Below, one piece after another: positions 10,306 through 20,475 of a stretch of 64,000 bases of DNA. Below the pieces are notes generated by a model. That model did no database searches and was not told the origin of the DNA. It worked only from the letters and a program-made list of their open reading frames with translations. Source of the stretch: Dehalococcoidia bacterium. GTDB lineage: Bacteria; Chloroflexota; Dehalococcoidia; UBA2979. The stretch covers positions 3,232,001 to 3,296,000 of the forward strand of contig OZ244720.1 of the NCBI GenBank assembly GCA_965219085.1, read 5' to 3'. The position numbers and the translations under genes were made by a program. How positions within the stretch are numbered: position 1 is the first letter of the stretch; each line of letters starts with the position of its first letter.

Positions 10306-11070
10306 CTAACGCCCGACGAAGTTCGGCTGGCGCTTCTCGGCGAAGGCGACCTTCGCCTCCTGCGCGTCCTCGGTGCGCTGCAGGATGGCCGTGCGCGTCT
10401 GCTCGAAGCGGTAGCCGTTGCGGAGGTCCATGTCCTCGATGACGTTGAGGTTCTCCTTCGCGAGGCGGATCCCGATCGGCATCTTCGACACGATCTCCTC
10501 GGCCTCCGCCATCGCGACGTCCATGAGGTCCTCGACCGGGACGACGCGGTCGACGGCGCCGAGGCGGTGGGCCTCCTGCGCGTCCAGGCGGCGGGCGGTG
10601 TAGTGCATCATCCGCACGACGTGCTGCGGGAACAGCCGCATCGCGTGGCGGGCGCCGCCGAGCAGTCCGACGTCGATCTCCGGCAGGCCGAAGACCGCGC
10701 GCTCCGAGGCGATCAGGTAGTCGCACGAGGCGGCGATAGCGAGACCCGCGCCGAGCGCCGGGCCGTTGATCGCGCCGATCACGGGCACCGCGCACTCCAT
10801 GATCGAGTAGAAGTTCTCCCGGCCCTCGCGCGAACCGGTGCGCTCCGGCCGCAGGGCGCGGTCGCCGCGCGCCGCCGCCTTGATGTCGGCGCCGGCGCAG
10901 AAGACGCGGTCACCCTGCCCGGTGAGGACGATGACACGAGCGTCCTCGTCGGCGCTGATGGTGTCGAAGGTGCCCTGGATGTCCCACTCGGGGGACATCG
11001 CGTTCACGGGCGGGTTGTCGAAGACGACCAGCCGCACGTGACCGTGCTTCTCGACTCGAAGTTCGGACAT
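10306..11070 (-). CDS. Enoyl-CoA hydratase/isomerase
   Basis: FCAGADI, AINGPALGAG, FGLPEIDVG and C-terminal FAEKRQPNFVGR. Confidence 0.92.
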   Translation of the reverse strand: MSELRVEKHGHVRLVVFDNPPVNAMSPEWDIQGTFDTISADEDARVIVLTGQGDRVFCAGADIKAAARGDRALRPERTGSREGRENFYSIMECAVPVIGAINGPALGAGLAIAASCDYLIASERAVFGLPEIDVGLLGGARHAMRLFPQHVVRMMHYTARRLDAQEAHRLGAVDRVVPVEDLMDVAMAEAEEIVSKMPIGIRLAKENLNVIEDMDLRNGYRFEQTRTAILQRTEDAQEAKVAFAEKRQPNFVGR

Positions 11071-11116
11071 GACGTGCTCCTCTCGTGCGGCTCGGCGCCG
11101 CCGTCGGTGATGGTTG

Positions 11117-11923
11117 CTAGCGGCCGACGAAGACCGGGTCGCGGCGCTCCAGGAACGAGTTGACGCCCTCGAGGCCGTCCTCGCTCCGGAACATGATGTG
11201 CACGAACGGGCTCGTCAGGTCCTGCACGCGTGCGAGGTCGTTCTCCTCGAGCATGTACACCATGCGCTTGATGGCGGCCATGCTCAGCGGCGGCCCGCTC
11301 GCGATCTCCGTCGCCAGCTCGATGGAGCGGTCCATGAGCTGCTCGCGCGGCACGACGTCCATCACGAGGCCGAGCTCGAGCGCCTCCTGGGCGTTGACGC
11401 GGCGGCCGGTGAACATCAGCTCGAGGCCTCGCTGTGCGCCGACGATCTTCGGCAGCATGTAGCCGAGACCGAAGTCCGCGATGATGCCGCGCTTGGTCTG
11501 GGCGACCTGGAAGATGGTGTCCTCGGCCGCGATGCGCAGGTCGGTAGCGAGTGCGAGCCCGAAGCCCATGCCGACGGCGTAGCCGTTGATGGCGCCGATG
11601 ATCGGTACGTCGCAGTCGCGCAGGTGGCGGATGGCGTAGCTCTCGGGGTGCGCGCGCCGCCACGGGTCGGGCTTCCTGTCCGGGTTGGCGCCCGGGAAGC
11701 CGGTGACGTCGCCACCGGCGCAGAACGCGCGTCCCTCGCCGCTCAGCACGATCGCCCGCACGTTGTACTCGCCGTCGTTGAGGCGGTCGATGAAGTCGAG
11801 CATCTCGGTCTGCATGGCCGGCGCCCAGGCGTTGAGCTTCTCCGGCCGGTTGAGCTTGATGATGGCGATCTGGTCGCGTTCCTCGACAGTGATCGCCTCG
11901 TACTTCGTTGCTGTGGTTGTCAT
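11117..11923 (-). CDS. Enoyl-CoA hydratase/isomerase
   Basis: LNRPEKLNA, FCAGGD and AINGYAVG; ATG at 11923 with GAGGAG RBS. Confidence 0.92.
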   Translation of the reverse strand: MTTTATKYEAITVEERDQIAIIKLNRPEKLNAWAPAMQTEMLDFIDRLNDGEYNVRAIVLSGEGRAFCAGGDVTGFPGANPDRKPDPWRRAHPESYAIRHLRDCDVPIIGAINGYAVGMGFGLALATDLRIAAEDTIFQVAQTKRGIIADFGLGYMLPKIVGAQRGLELMFTGRRVNAQEALELGLVMDVVPREQLMDRSIELATEIASGPPLSMAAIKRMVYMLEENDLARVQDLTSPFVHIMFRSEDGLEGVNSFLERRDPVFVGR

Positions 11924-12026
11924 GGCTCCTCCTCGGGCCGATCCGGGTCGGCCGTGTTCGCACGCGTGCATGCTACCGCGTACGAGGGTGGTAGGGGCGG
12001 CGGGTGGTGCGGTGGCGCTGCGCTGT

Positions 12027-12293
12027 TCAGTGCGCTCGATCGGCCTTCGCGCGCGCCGCCCTCGGCAACGGGTCGGAGCGCCACGGATCGTGACCCGCCC
12101 GGCGGGCCATCGCGCGACGGTACGCGGGCACGACGATGAGGAGCAGCGCGCCGAGCAGGCCGGCGACGCCAAACACGCCGAACGCGGCGCCGGCCAGCGC
12201 CGCGACCGCACGGTGCCGCGCGCCATCGCTGAGCATCGCTCCGCCGATCGCCATCAGCATGGAAAGACCGAGCGCGAACAGCAGCACTTCCAC
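12027..12293 (-). CDS. Small membrane protein (2 TM), hypothetical
   Basis: GTG start after strong GAGGAGGAG RBS; two hydrophobic helices. Confidence 0.55.
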   Translation of the reverse strand: MEVLLFALGLSMLMAIGGAMLSDGARHRAVAALAGAAFGVFGVAGLLGALLLIVVPAYRRAMARRAGHDPWRSDPLPRAARAKADRAH

Positions 12294-12371
12294 TGGCGCG
12301 ACTCCTCCTCGACCGTTGGGCTCTGTTCCGCCCACGCGTGGCAGTGTACGGCGGGCGCCGGGCCGGCGGAG

Positions 12372-14336
12372 ATGGATGCGCTGGACGGCGACCTGCCGCA
12401 CCATGTCGAGGTGTCCACGATCTGGCTTCGACGAGGCGCCGCCGTTCTGGTGGCTTTCGCCTTCGCGGTGGTGCTTTTGGCCGCGCTGACGCTGCAGGCG
12501 CTGAGCGCTACGTTCGCCCGCGCCGAGTTCTACCCCGAGCAACTGGAGCGCGCGGACGTCTACCGCTTCATCAGCGCCGACCTAGCCGACGCGTTCATCG
12601 AGGACCTGCGACAGCTCGACGCCGACCAGTTCGGCGAGGACTTCACCGGCAACCCCGTTGCGGTCTCTGGGCTCACCACGCGCCAGGTCGCGGACGCGAT
12701 GCGCCGCGGGCTCCCGCCCGAGGACCTGGAAGCACTGCTCGCTCCCGCCTTCGAGCAGGCCGCCGAATACGCAGCGGGCGAACGGGACGAGGTCACGATC
12801 ACCATCGGCGCGGGCCGGCACGTCGAAGCCCTGGTGCGCGAGCTGACAGCCTTGATGCGCGAGTCCGGCGCGTACGGTCGCCTCCTCGACGACGAGTTCG
12901 AGCCGATGTTCCGTGAGTGGGCCGACGAGGCGCTACCGGCGGGTGAGGCGGACTCGGCCTGGCTCACGTTCCTCCGCGGCGCCGAGACCGGCGACAGCCT
13001 CGTCCGCGTGTTCAGGCGCGTCGTGACGCCCGAGTGGCTGGCCGGCGAGGTCGAGCAGTCCGCCGACGAGCTCACCGCCTACCTCGTCGGCAACGCCGAG
13101 GGATTCGAACTCCGCATCGAACTCGACGACGCCCAGGCGACGGCAGCCGCCGAGGAGCTGGAGGCGATCCTGGGTGACGCCGACGCGTACGACCTCGCGC
13201 GGGCCGCGGTGATCGAACCGGCGGTGGAGGAGCACGTGGTCGCGGCTGCCGAGCTGCCTTACGGCATCACCCTGACCCGCGAGGAGGCCCGAGCGGCGCT
13301 GCTCGAGGCCGTGTCGCCGGCGTGGGTCGAGCAACAGGCCCGGGTGCTGGCGCGCGGGGTCAGCGCGTACGTGACCGGGCAAGCCGATGGATTCGCCGCC
13401 GAGATCGACCTCGCGTCCGTCAAGGCGGACGCAGCCGCCGCCCTCACCGACGCCGCGACGGCCAACCTCGAAGCGTCGCTGCGCGACCTGCCGCCATGCA
13501 CGACCGCCGCGGAGATAGCAGCGGCGCGAGACGCGGCGCGGCGGTCGTTGCCCCCGTGTATCCCGCCGGGCGTGACCGCGAGCGAGCTGGCGAGCCAGGT
13601 ACGACCCGACATCGCCGCCTCGATCGCCGCGTTCATCGTCGAGCCCGTGCCCGACACGGTGCTGCTCACCGAGTCGGACCTCCGCGCCGCCATCCGGCAA
13701 GACGGCGGCGCGGAGGCGCTGACCGCCCTCGATGACCTCCGGGGGCTGTCCGCCGAGGGCTGGACGTACACGGACTCTGACCTCCGCAACGACCTCTCCG
13801 ACGACGATGCCGCCACGCTGGACGACGTGCGTTCGTTCCTCGGTGAGGGTTACGTCATCGAGGTCTCAGTCGGGGATGACGAGGGCCTCGAGGCTGCGCT
13901 GGACGACGTACGCGAATGGACGGAGGCGGTGAGCCGGGCTCGCTGGGTGGCATTCGTGTTCGCGATAGCGCTGCTGGCGGCGGTGGGAGCGCTGGGCGGC
14001 ACGAGTTGGCGCGGGCGGGTCGTGTGGGGCGCCGCCGCACTGCTCGCGGCGGCCGTGCCGATCGCACTCGTGTCGGGGCCGGTGTACCAGGCGGCATCGG
14101 GTGCACTGCTCGATGCGATCCGCGACGAGATCGCAAGCGACCCCCGCGCGACGTTCGCGCTCACCTCCGAGCTCCTCACCAACAAGCTCATCGACATCGT
14201 CGAGGTGAGCGCCGACGCGTTCGCAGGGAGCATCGCGCGGAACAGCCTGGTGCTCGCCGTCCTGGGCGCCATCGCGCTCGGGGTGTCGCTGTCCTGGGAC
14301 CGCATCACCGAGGCCGTGGACCGCGCCCGGGGCTGA
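12372..14336 (+). CDS. Membrane-anchored protein with large acidic extracytoplasmic repeat region, hypothetical
   Basis: N-terminal TM, about 500 aa acidic helical region with three similar modules, about 3 C-terminal TMs; start uncertain (12372 or 12411). Confidence 0.7.
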   Translation: MDALDGDLPHHVEVSTIWLRRGAAVLVAFAFAVVLLAALTLQALSATFARAEFYPEQLERADVYRFISADLADAFIEDLRQLDADQFGEDFTGNPVAVSGLTTRQVADAMRRGLPPEDLEALLAPAFEQAAEYAAGERDEVTITIGAGRHVEALVRELTALMRESGAYGRLLDDEFEPMFREWADEALPAGEADSAWLTFLRGAETGDSLVRVFRRVVTPEWLAGEVEQSADELTAYLVGNAEGFELRIELDDAQATAAAEELEAILGDADAYDLARAAVIEPAVEEHVVAAAELPYGITLTREEARAALLEAVSPAWVEQQARVLARGVSAYVTGQADGFAAEIDLASVKADAAAALTDAATANLEASLRDLPPCTTAAEIAAARDAARRSLPPCIPPGVTASELASQVRPDIAASIAAFIVEPVPDTVLLTESDLRAAIRQDGGAEALTALDDLRGLSAEGWTYTDSDLRNDLSDDDAATLDDVRSFLGEGYVIEVSVGDDEGLEAALDDVREWTEAVSRARWVAFVFAIALLAAVGALGGTSWRGRVVWGAAALLAAAVPIALVSGPVYQAASGALLDAIRDEIASDPRATFALTSELLTNKLIDIVEVSADAFAGSIARNSLVLAVLGAIALGVSLSWDRITEAVDRARG

Positions 14337-14412
14337 CGCCACGCCTCGACTCGGTTGTGACGAGGGCCGGTGGCGATGGCCCTGAGCAGAGGGCGACGTA
14401 TCATGTCGCGCC

Positions 14413-15915
14413 ATGCTGAATCGTCCCGTCCCGGCCTCCGACGGCAGCGCAGCAGGCACCGCCCCGGCCGCCGCACCGCCGCCGCGACGGCGCGCGCCGT
14501 CGTGGTGGCCGAACATCTACTACGGCTGGTACATGGCCACCGCGGGGGCGGCCAGCAACTTCCTCGTGCTGGGCATCACGGTCTTCGGATTCGGCGTGTT
14601 CATCCCGTCGCTGCGCGACGAGATGGGCTGGACGATCGCGCAGATCTCGATCGCATTCTCGTTGCGCAGCTTCGAGAACGGGCTGCTCGCGCCGTTCACG
14701 GGGTTCATGGTCGACAAGCTCGGCGCGCGCCGGATGGCGTTCACCGGGCTGTTCGCGCTCGTCGTCGGGCTGCTGCTGTTCTCGCAGTCGCGGACCATCT
14801 GGGCGTTCTACGCCGCGAGCCTCGTGATGGCTCTCGGGCAGAGCCTCGGCTCGTTCACGCCGTTCAGCGCGGCGCTGATGAACTGGTTCACGCGCCAACG
14901 CGGCCGCGCGATGGGCCTGGTGTCGACGGGCAACGGCGCGGGAGGCCTCGCCGCGCCGGTCCTCGCGGCGATGATCGTGTACATCGGCTGGCGCGAGACG
15001 GCGATTGTCGCCGCGCTCACCATCGGCATCGTCGGTTTCCCGCTCGCGATGACGCTCCGCGACCGCCCCGAGCCGTACGGTTACGGCCCCGACGGTGTGC
15101 CGCTCGACGAGGCCGCGCGCCAGCGAGTTGCACGCGACGGTGCGGCCACCAGCGCGACGGGCATGAGTGTCGGCGAGGTACTGCGCACACCTGCGTTCTA
15201 CCTGCTCGCGATGTCGTCCGGGTTGGGCGGCGCGATCCTCGGCACGTGGATCGTGCACCAGATCCCGCACCTCGAGTCGACGGGGTTCTCGCTCACGGCG
15301 GCCGCGTCGATCGCCGGCTTCTACGCCGTGTTCCAGATCGCCATGCGCTACGTGCTCGGCTGGGTCGGCGACATGGTCGGACGGCGTCCGATGTTCGTCG
15401 CGTCCTTCGTGCTGATCGGGATCGGGCTGCTGGTGTTCAGCAGGCTCAACCCCAGTCAGTTGTGGCTCATCCCGGTGTACTACCTCACGTTCGCGACCGG
15501 GCACGCGACGTTCGTCGTGATGAGCCAGACCGTCGTCGCCGACTACTTCGGCACGAGGCGGTTCGCTACGATCCGCGGGTTGTCCCACAGCACGGCGATG
15601 CCGCTCGGCATCATCGGCCCGGTGTTCGCGGGCTGGATGTTCGACACCACCGGCAGCTACCAGATCGCGTTCACGGTGCTGTCGAGCTGCGCGGTCTTCG
15701 CGGCGATCTGCATCCTGCTCATCCGCCGGCCGCAGTGGAGCGAACTCGTCCCGGCCTCGACGCCCTCGGCGCCAACGACGCCAACGATGTCCGTGCCATC
15801 GGCGGCGGCGGCGATGGTGCCTGCACAGGCCGCGGCAGCGATTCCGGCCGTGCCTGGCGCGGCCGCCCCTGCACCCCCGTCGACGCACCGCGGCATGGGC
15901 GCCGACGGCTGGTAG
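14413..15915 (+). CDS. MFS transporter
   Basis: YYGWY, GFMVDKLGARR, WFTRQRGRAMG and ADYFGTRRFATIRG motifs. Confidence 0.9.
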   Translation: MLNRPVPASDGSAAGTAPAAAPPPRRRAPSWWPNIYYGWYMATAGAASNFLVLGITVFGFGVFIPSLRDEMGWTIAQISIAFSLRSFENGLLAPFTGFMVDKLGARRMAFTGLFALVVGLLLFSQSRTIWAFYAASLVMALGQSLGSFTPFSAALMNWFTRQRGRAMGLVSTGNGAGGLAAPVLAAMIVYIGWRETAIVAALTIGIVGFPLAMTLRDRPEPYGYGPDGVPLDEAARQRVARDGAATSATGMSVGEVLRTPAFYLLAMSSGLGGAILGTWIVHQIPHLESTGFSLTAAASIAGFYAVFQIAMRYVLGWVGDMVGRRPMFVASFVLIGIGLLVFSRLNPSQLWLIPVYYLTFATGHATFVVMSQTVVADYFGTRRFATIRGLSHSTAMPLGIIGPVFAGWMFDTTGSYQIAFTVLSSCAVFAAICILLIRRPQWSELVPASTPSAPTTPTMSVPSAAAAMVPAQAAAAIPAVPGAAAPAPPSTHRGMGADGW

Positions 15916-15943
15916 CCGCGGCGACGCCGATTCCAGATCAACG

Positions 15944-15990
15944 TTGACTCGCGTGCCGGTCGCGACTCACAATGACTCACAGTGAGTCAT
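15944..15990 (+). promoter_or_regulatory. Sigma70-like promoter with palindromic TA operator
   Basis: TTGACT (15944) then 18 bp then CACAAT; overlapping perfect IR ATGACTCAC-A-GTGAGTCAT (15972-15990) and repeated GACTCACA. Confidence 0.65.
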
Positions 15991-16013
15991 ATGCGAGTCG
16001 CTCGGAGGTGACC

Positions 16014-16268
16014 ATGCAGCAACTGACAGTACGAGGATTCGACGACGAACTCAGTGACCGGCTCAAGGGACTTGCGCAACGCGAGGGCATCTCCCTCAAC
16101 CAGGCGGCGCTACGTCTGCTCCGCAAGGGAGCGGGCCTGCCCGAAACCGGCGGACCGATCGGCAACAGTCTCGACCACCTGTTCGGCGTGTGGACCGCCG
16201 AAGAGGCCGATGAATTCGATGCGGCGGTTGCCGAGTTTGACACGATCGATGAGTCCGCTTGGCAGTGA
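16014..16268 (+). CDS. Ribbon-helix-helix antitoxin (FitA/VapB-like)
   Basis: MQQLTVRGFDDE...AQREGISLNQ; GGAGG RBS; GTGA overlap with the toxin. Confidence 0.82.
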   Translation: MQQLTVRGFDDELSDRLKGLAQREGISLNQAALRLLRKGAGLPETGGPIGNSLDHLFGVWTAEEADEFDAAVAEFDTIDESAWQ

Positions 16269-16663
16269 GACTCACCCTTGATACGAGCGCGTACTCGCAA
16301 CTGATGAGCGGCGAGCAGAGGGTCGCGGAACTCGTCAGGCGAGCCGACACAGTGATGTTGTCCGCGATCGTCCTCGGCGAGCTGCTGGCGGGGTTTCGCA
16401 AGGGGTCCCGGCTCGAGCGGAATCTTCAGGAGCTTCGGGCGTTCCTCGACATCCCGCTCGTCGCCGTTGTACCCGTAGGCGAGACAACGGCTGATCGCTA
16501 CTCACGGATCAAGGAGGCCCTTCGCGCGAAGGGTCGGCCCGTTCCGTCAAACGATGCCTGGATCGCAGCGCACGCCATGGAGACGGGCGCTGACCTCGTC
16601 TCGGCCGATCGACACTTCGAGGACATCGACGGCGTCGTCCTGGTCCGGTTGTCGCCACGCTAG
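16265..16663 (+). CDS. vapC: VapC/PIN-domain toxin
   Basis: LDTSAYS, VLGELLAGF, PSNDAWIAAHA and SADRHF motifs. Confidence 0.9.
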   Translation: MRLTLDTSAYSQLMSGEQRVAELVRRADTVMLSAIVLGELLAGFRKGSRLERNLQELRAFLDIPLVAVVPVGETTADRYSRIKEALRAKGRPVPSNDAWIAAHAMETGADLVSADRHFEDIDGVVLVRLSPR

Positions 16664-16670
16664 CCACCGC

Positions 16671-17108
16671 CTACGACCCCTCGGCCTCGCTCCACAGGTA
16701 GCGCCCCGTCGCCAGGGCGATCACCACGAACAGCGCGTCGACGATCGGGAAGTAGATGAGGTGCGACGTGACTGCGTCGCCGGTTTCGCTGTCCGGGTTG
16801 AGCGTCCAGATCCACCCCCAGAAGAACAGCATCGCCAGCACGACCGCGCCGTAGAACGCGAAGCTCACCCGCACATACTCCACCACCGAGGGCTCCATGC
16901 CGGCCTGCCCACGCTTGCGCATGAAGCCGACGATCAGCGCCACGAGCGTCGAAGCGGCCATGAACCAGTTGATGATCTCCCACACCGGGTAGTCCGCGGC
17001 GCCGTCGTGGTAGACCGGCGTGAGGATGAGGTTCACGAACACTGCGATCGCCGTCGCGACGAGCAGAACCGACAAGGCCCGTTGCACCAGCTCCATGATT
17101 GCTCGCAC
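16671..17108 (-). CDS. Small 4-TM membrane protein, hypothetical
   Basis: Four hydrophobic segments; GGGGAGG RBS-like sequence upstream. Confidence 0.65.
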   Translation of the reverse strand: MRAIMELVQRALSVLLVATAIAVFVNLILTPVYHDGAADYPVWEIINWFMAASTLVALIVGFMRKRGQAGMEPSVVEYVRVSFAFYGAVVLAMLFFWGWIWTLNPDSETGDAVTSHLIYFPIVDALFVVIALATGRYLWSEAEGS

Positions 17109-17227
17109 CTCCCCGCCTGATACCGGGAATCACCTTCGTTGTGCCCAACATACGCCCGCGCACCAGGTGAGTGGCACTGCCGGGCGACGAACCATTCAAG
17201 GCGAGCTGGCCCTATAGTTAACGTTCA

Positions 17228-18712
17228 GTGCCAACTCAGGAGGCACGCGTGAGCGTGACGCAGGATCGCCCAGCGGGTTCGGCAGCACCCGTGGCTGCCT
17301 CCCCACTCACCCACAGCGGCCTCAACGACCTCACGAACGGTGCACCGCCGGTCACGGCCCTCGCACCGCGCGCACCCGGGAACGGGGCTGTCGCCGACCT
17401 CGCGCCACCTCCCGCCCGCACGCCCGCGGTCGCGACGAGGCAGCCGCGCGTCTTCTACGGCTGGTGGATGGTGGGCGCGGGCTTCCTCGCCGCCTTCACC
17501 ACTGCCGGAGCGCAGGGCTACATCGCCGGTTCGTTCCTCGTGCCGATGAGCGACGAGTTGGGCTGGACGCGCGCGGAGTTCCTGTACGGCCAGACCACCG
17601 GGCAGTTCGTCACGGCGTTCGCGGGCTTCTTCGTCGGCGCGTATGTCGACCGCTTCGGGTCGCGACCGCTGATGCTCATCGGCGCGACGCTGCTCGCGGG
17701 CGCGCTGTTCGCGATCTCCGAAGTGAACGAGCTGTGGCAGTGGGTGATCCTGCGCGGCGTCTTCAGCATGCTCGGCGCGGCCCTGCTCGGGTTCCTCGCC
17801 GTCAACGTCACGCTCTCCAAGTGGTTCGTCGAGCAGCGCGGACGCGCGATCGGCCTCGCGTCGATTGGCGTGTCGATGGCCGGCATCGTGCTGCCGGTGG
17901 CGATGACCTGGTACGTCGACGAGTTCGGGTGGCGCGCGGCGTGGCGCGTGCTCGCGGTCGGCGTCGTGGTGCTCGGCTACCCGGCGGCCGCGATCATGCG
18001 GCGCACGCCGGAGGACTACGGGCTCAACCCGGACGGTAAGAGCGAGCGCCAGATGGCGAGCGGCGGGGGCGCGCGCGCCATGGCCGACTTCGCCAACTCG
18101 TTCACACGCGGGCAGGCGATCCGCACGCAGGCGCTCTATGTGCTGATCGTGACGTTCGGCCTCGGGACCCTGGGTCTGATGACCATCATCGTGCTCACCA
18201 TCCCGTACCTCACCGACTCCGGTTTCAGTCGCGGCACCGCCGCGATCATGCTCTCCATCCTCGCCATCCCGGCGGGGGTGTCGAAGCCGGTGTGGGGCTG
18301 GATGGCCGACGTCTGGTCGGAGCGGCTGTCGACGTCGCTGAGCTTCGTGATGAACGCCGCGGCGATGGTCGTGATCGTGCTGGCGGCGCAGACACAGTCG
18401 ACGCTGATACTCGCGATCGGGTTCTTCGTCGTCGGCTGGGGCATCGGCGGGCAGATCCCGCTGCAGGAGACGATCTGGGCGAGCTACTTCGGCCGCCGCT
18501 ACATCGGCGCGGTGCGCTCGGTGGCGATGCCGTTCACGATGCTGATCGCGGCGTCCGGCCCGATTCTCGTGGCGACATACGCGGACAACGTCGGCAACTA
18601 CGACGCGGCCATGTTCGGCGTCGCCGCGGCGTGGGCGGTGGCATCGCTGCTCATCCTGATCGCGCGCCGGCCGCGCCTGCCCGAGTCGAGCGAGACGCCC
18701 GCCGCAGCCTGA
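17228..18712 (+). CDS. MFS transporter
   Basis: FYGWW, GAYVDRFGSR, WFVEQRGRAIG and YFGRRYIGAVR motifs. Confidence 0.9.
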   Translation: MPTQEARVSVTQDRPAGSAAPVAASPLTHSGLNDLTNGAPPVTALAPRAPGNGAVADLAPPPARTPAVATRQPRVFYGWWMVGAGFLAAFTTAGAQGYIAGSFLVPMSDELGWTRAEFLYGQTTGQFVTAFAGFFVGAYVDRFGSRPLMLIGATLLAGALFAISEVNELWQWVILRGVFSMLGAALLGFLAVNVTLSKWFVEQRGRAIGLASIGVSMAGIVLPVAMTWYVDEFGWRAAWRVLAVGVVVLGYPAAAIMRRTPEDYGLNPDGKSERQMASGGGARAMADFANSFTRGQAIRTQALYVLIVTFGLGTLGLMTIIVLTIPYLTDSGFSRGTAAIMLSILAIPAGVSKPVWGWMADVWSERLSTSLSFVMNAAAMVVIVLAAQTQSTLILAIGFFVVGWGIGGQIPLQETIWASYFGRRYIGAVRSVAMPFTMLIAASGPILVATYADNVGNYDAAMFGVAAAWAVASLLILIARRPRLPESSETPAAA

Positions 18713-18812
18713 CCTCGTCCCCTCGTTCTGTCAGCGCGCGCATCGGGCTATCATGGCGGCTGCCGCGCGCCCGCAACCGCCGCGTTCGGCGCCAATCACG
18801 AAGGGAACCGAC

Positions 18813-19598
18813 GTGTCGTACGAGAACATCACCATCGAGCGCAAGGATCACATCGCCACCATCACGCTGAACCGCCCCGAGGCGCTGAACGCGCTGGACC
18901 GCGGCCTCACACGCGACATGCACGGAGCGATCGACGAGCTGAGTGGCGAGTTCCCCGACATCCGCGTCGTGATCCTCACCGGCGCGGGCCGCGGCTTCTG
19001 CTCCGGCGCCGACGTGATGGCGCAGGCCCGGGCGCTCACGCCGGGCGAGCCCGAGCCGCACGACCCGCTGAACAGCATCCCGCCGCTCGCCCCCAAGCTG
19101 CAGGCGATGCCGCAGCCGGTGATCGCCGCCGTCAACGGCGTCGCGGCCGGCGCCGGCTTCTCGCTCGCCATGGCCTCGGACATCCGCGTCGCCGCCGAGA
19201 GTTCGCGCTACTCGGTGATCTTCGTGAAGCGCTCGCTGGTGCCGGACACCGGCTCCTCGCACTCGCTGCCGGCCGTCGTCGGGCGCGGGACGGCGATGGA
19301 GATGGCGCTCACCGGGCGCGTGTACCCCGCCGCGTGGGCGTTCGAGCGTGGGCTCGTGAACTACGTCGTGCCGGACGACCAGGTCATGGAGGAGGCGCGG
19401 ATGATTGCGAACGAGATCGCGAACAACCCGCCGCTGTGCGTGCGCTCGATCAAGCAGCTGATGCACCGCACGGACCGGCTGACCGAGGTGCTCCCGTACG
19501 AGCACGACGCGAACACGCCGTCGATGAACACGGCGGACCGTCGCGAGGCGGTGATGTCGTTTGTCGAGAAGCGCGACCCGGTCTTCCTCGGGCGGTAG
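18813..19598 (+). CDS. Enoyl-CoA hydratase/isomerase (PaaG-like Asp motif)
   Basis: LNRPEALNA, FCSGAD, AVNGVAAGAG and LVPDTG motifs. Confidence 0.92.
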   Translation: MSYENITIERKDHIATITLNRPEALNALDRGLTRDMHGAIDELSGEFPDIRVVILTGAGRGFCSGADVMAQARALTPGEPEPHDPLNSIPPLAPKLQAMPQPVIAAVNGVAAGAGFSLAMASDIRVAAESSRYSVIFVKRSLVPDTGSSHSLPAVVGRGTAMEMALTGRVYPAAWAFERGLVNYVVPDDQVMEEARMIANEIANNPPLCVRSIKQLMHRTDRLTEVLPYEHDANTPSMNTADRREAVMSFVEKRDPVFLGR

Positions 19599-19712
19599 CC
19601 ACTCCGCCCGATCGACGAGCGGCGCCGTGGCTTCGCGAATGTTGTTTGCAAGCCACGGCGCGGTTCCGTACGTTCTTTGTATGCCTCTCACACCCTGATC
19701 GGGGATAGTCTC

Positions 19713-19994
19713 ATGGCGACAGCCAAGGTCACGAGCAACGGCCGCATCACGATCCCGAAGGATGTGCGGGATCAGCTCGGCCTCGAGCCGGGCGACGAGG
19801 TGACCTTCGCCGAGGGGTTCGGCGGCTGGTACATCCGCAAGGAGGACCCCACTCCGGTAGGTGATTCGCCATTCACACCATGGCGCGGATACCTGAAGCA
19901 TCTCGCGGGTCGACGTTCGGACGATCTGGTTGAGGAGATGCGCGGGCCGCCGCTCGATCCCGACGAACTCACCGAGGAAACGCGCGGTTCGTGA
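19713..19994 (+). CDS. AbrB/MazE-like antitoxin
   Basis: AKVTSNGRITIPKDVRDQLGLEPGDEV signature; GTGA overlap with the PIN gene. Confidence 0.9.
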   Translation: MATAKVTSNGRITIPKDVRDQLGLEPGDEVTFAEGFGGWYIRKEDPTPVGDSPFTPWRGYLKHLAGRRSDDLVEEMRGPPLDPDELTEETRGS

Positions 19995-20458
19995 TCTCGG
20001 CGGTCGATACCAACATCCTCCTCGACCTGTTGATCGGTGACCCTGAGTACGTTAGCGAATCGGAGCAGCGGCTCAACGAGGCAGCGGACGCAGGCAGAGT
20101 TGTGATCTCGGAGCCCGTGTACGCGGAGTTGTCGCCTCGCTTCGCTGACTCAGCGGACGTCGACGGATTCCTCGACCTGACTGGTGTCGTCTTTGAGTCG
20201 TCAACCCGTCCGACACTGCATCGTGCCGGAACTGCTTGGCGAGCCTACACGCGCCGACGGCCGCGGATGCTCGCCTGCCCGCAATGCGGCGAGCCGCTTC
20301 CCGGGCGCTGCCGGGCATGCGGTGCCGTCGTTCAGGTTCGGCAACACGTCCTGGCCGACTTCCTGATCGGCGCGCACGCCGCCTCGCAGGCGGACCGACT
20401 GATCACGCGCGACCGCGGCTACTACGCCACGTACTTCCCGGACCTCGAACTCGCGTAG
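19991..20458 (+). CDS. vapC: PIN-domain toxin with CxxC/CxxC insertion
   Basis: AVDTNILLD, LADFLIGAHA and LITRDRGYY motifs; insert CPQC...CRAC. Confidence 0.85.
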   Translation: MISAVDTNILLDLLIGDPEYVSESEQRLNEAADAGRVVISEPVYAELSPRFADSADVDGFLDLTGVVFESSTRPTLHRAGTAWRAYTRRRPRMLACPQCGEPLPGRCRACGAVVQVRQHVLADFLIGAHAASQADRLITRDRGYYATYFPDLELA

Positions 20459-20475
20459 GTGCGTCCCGGCGCCGC

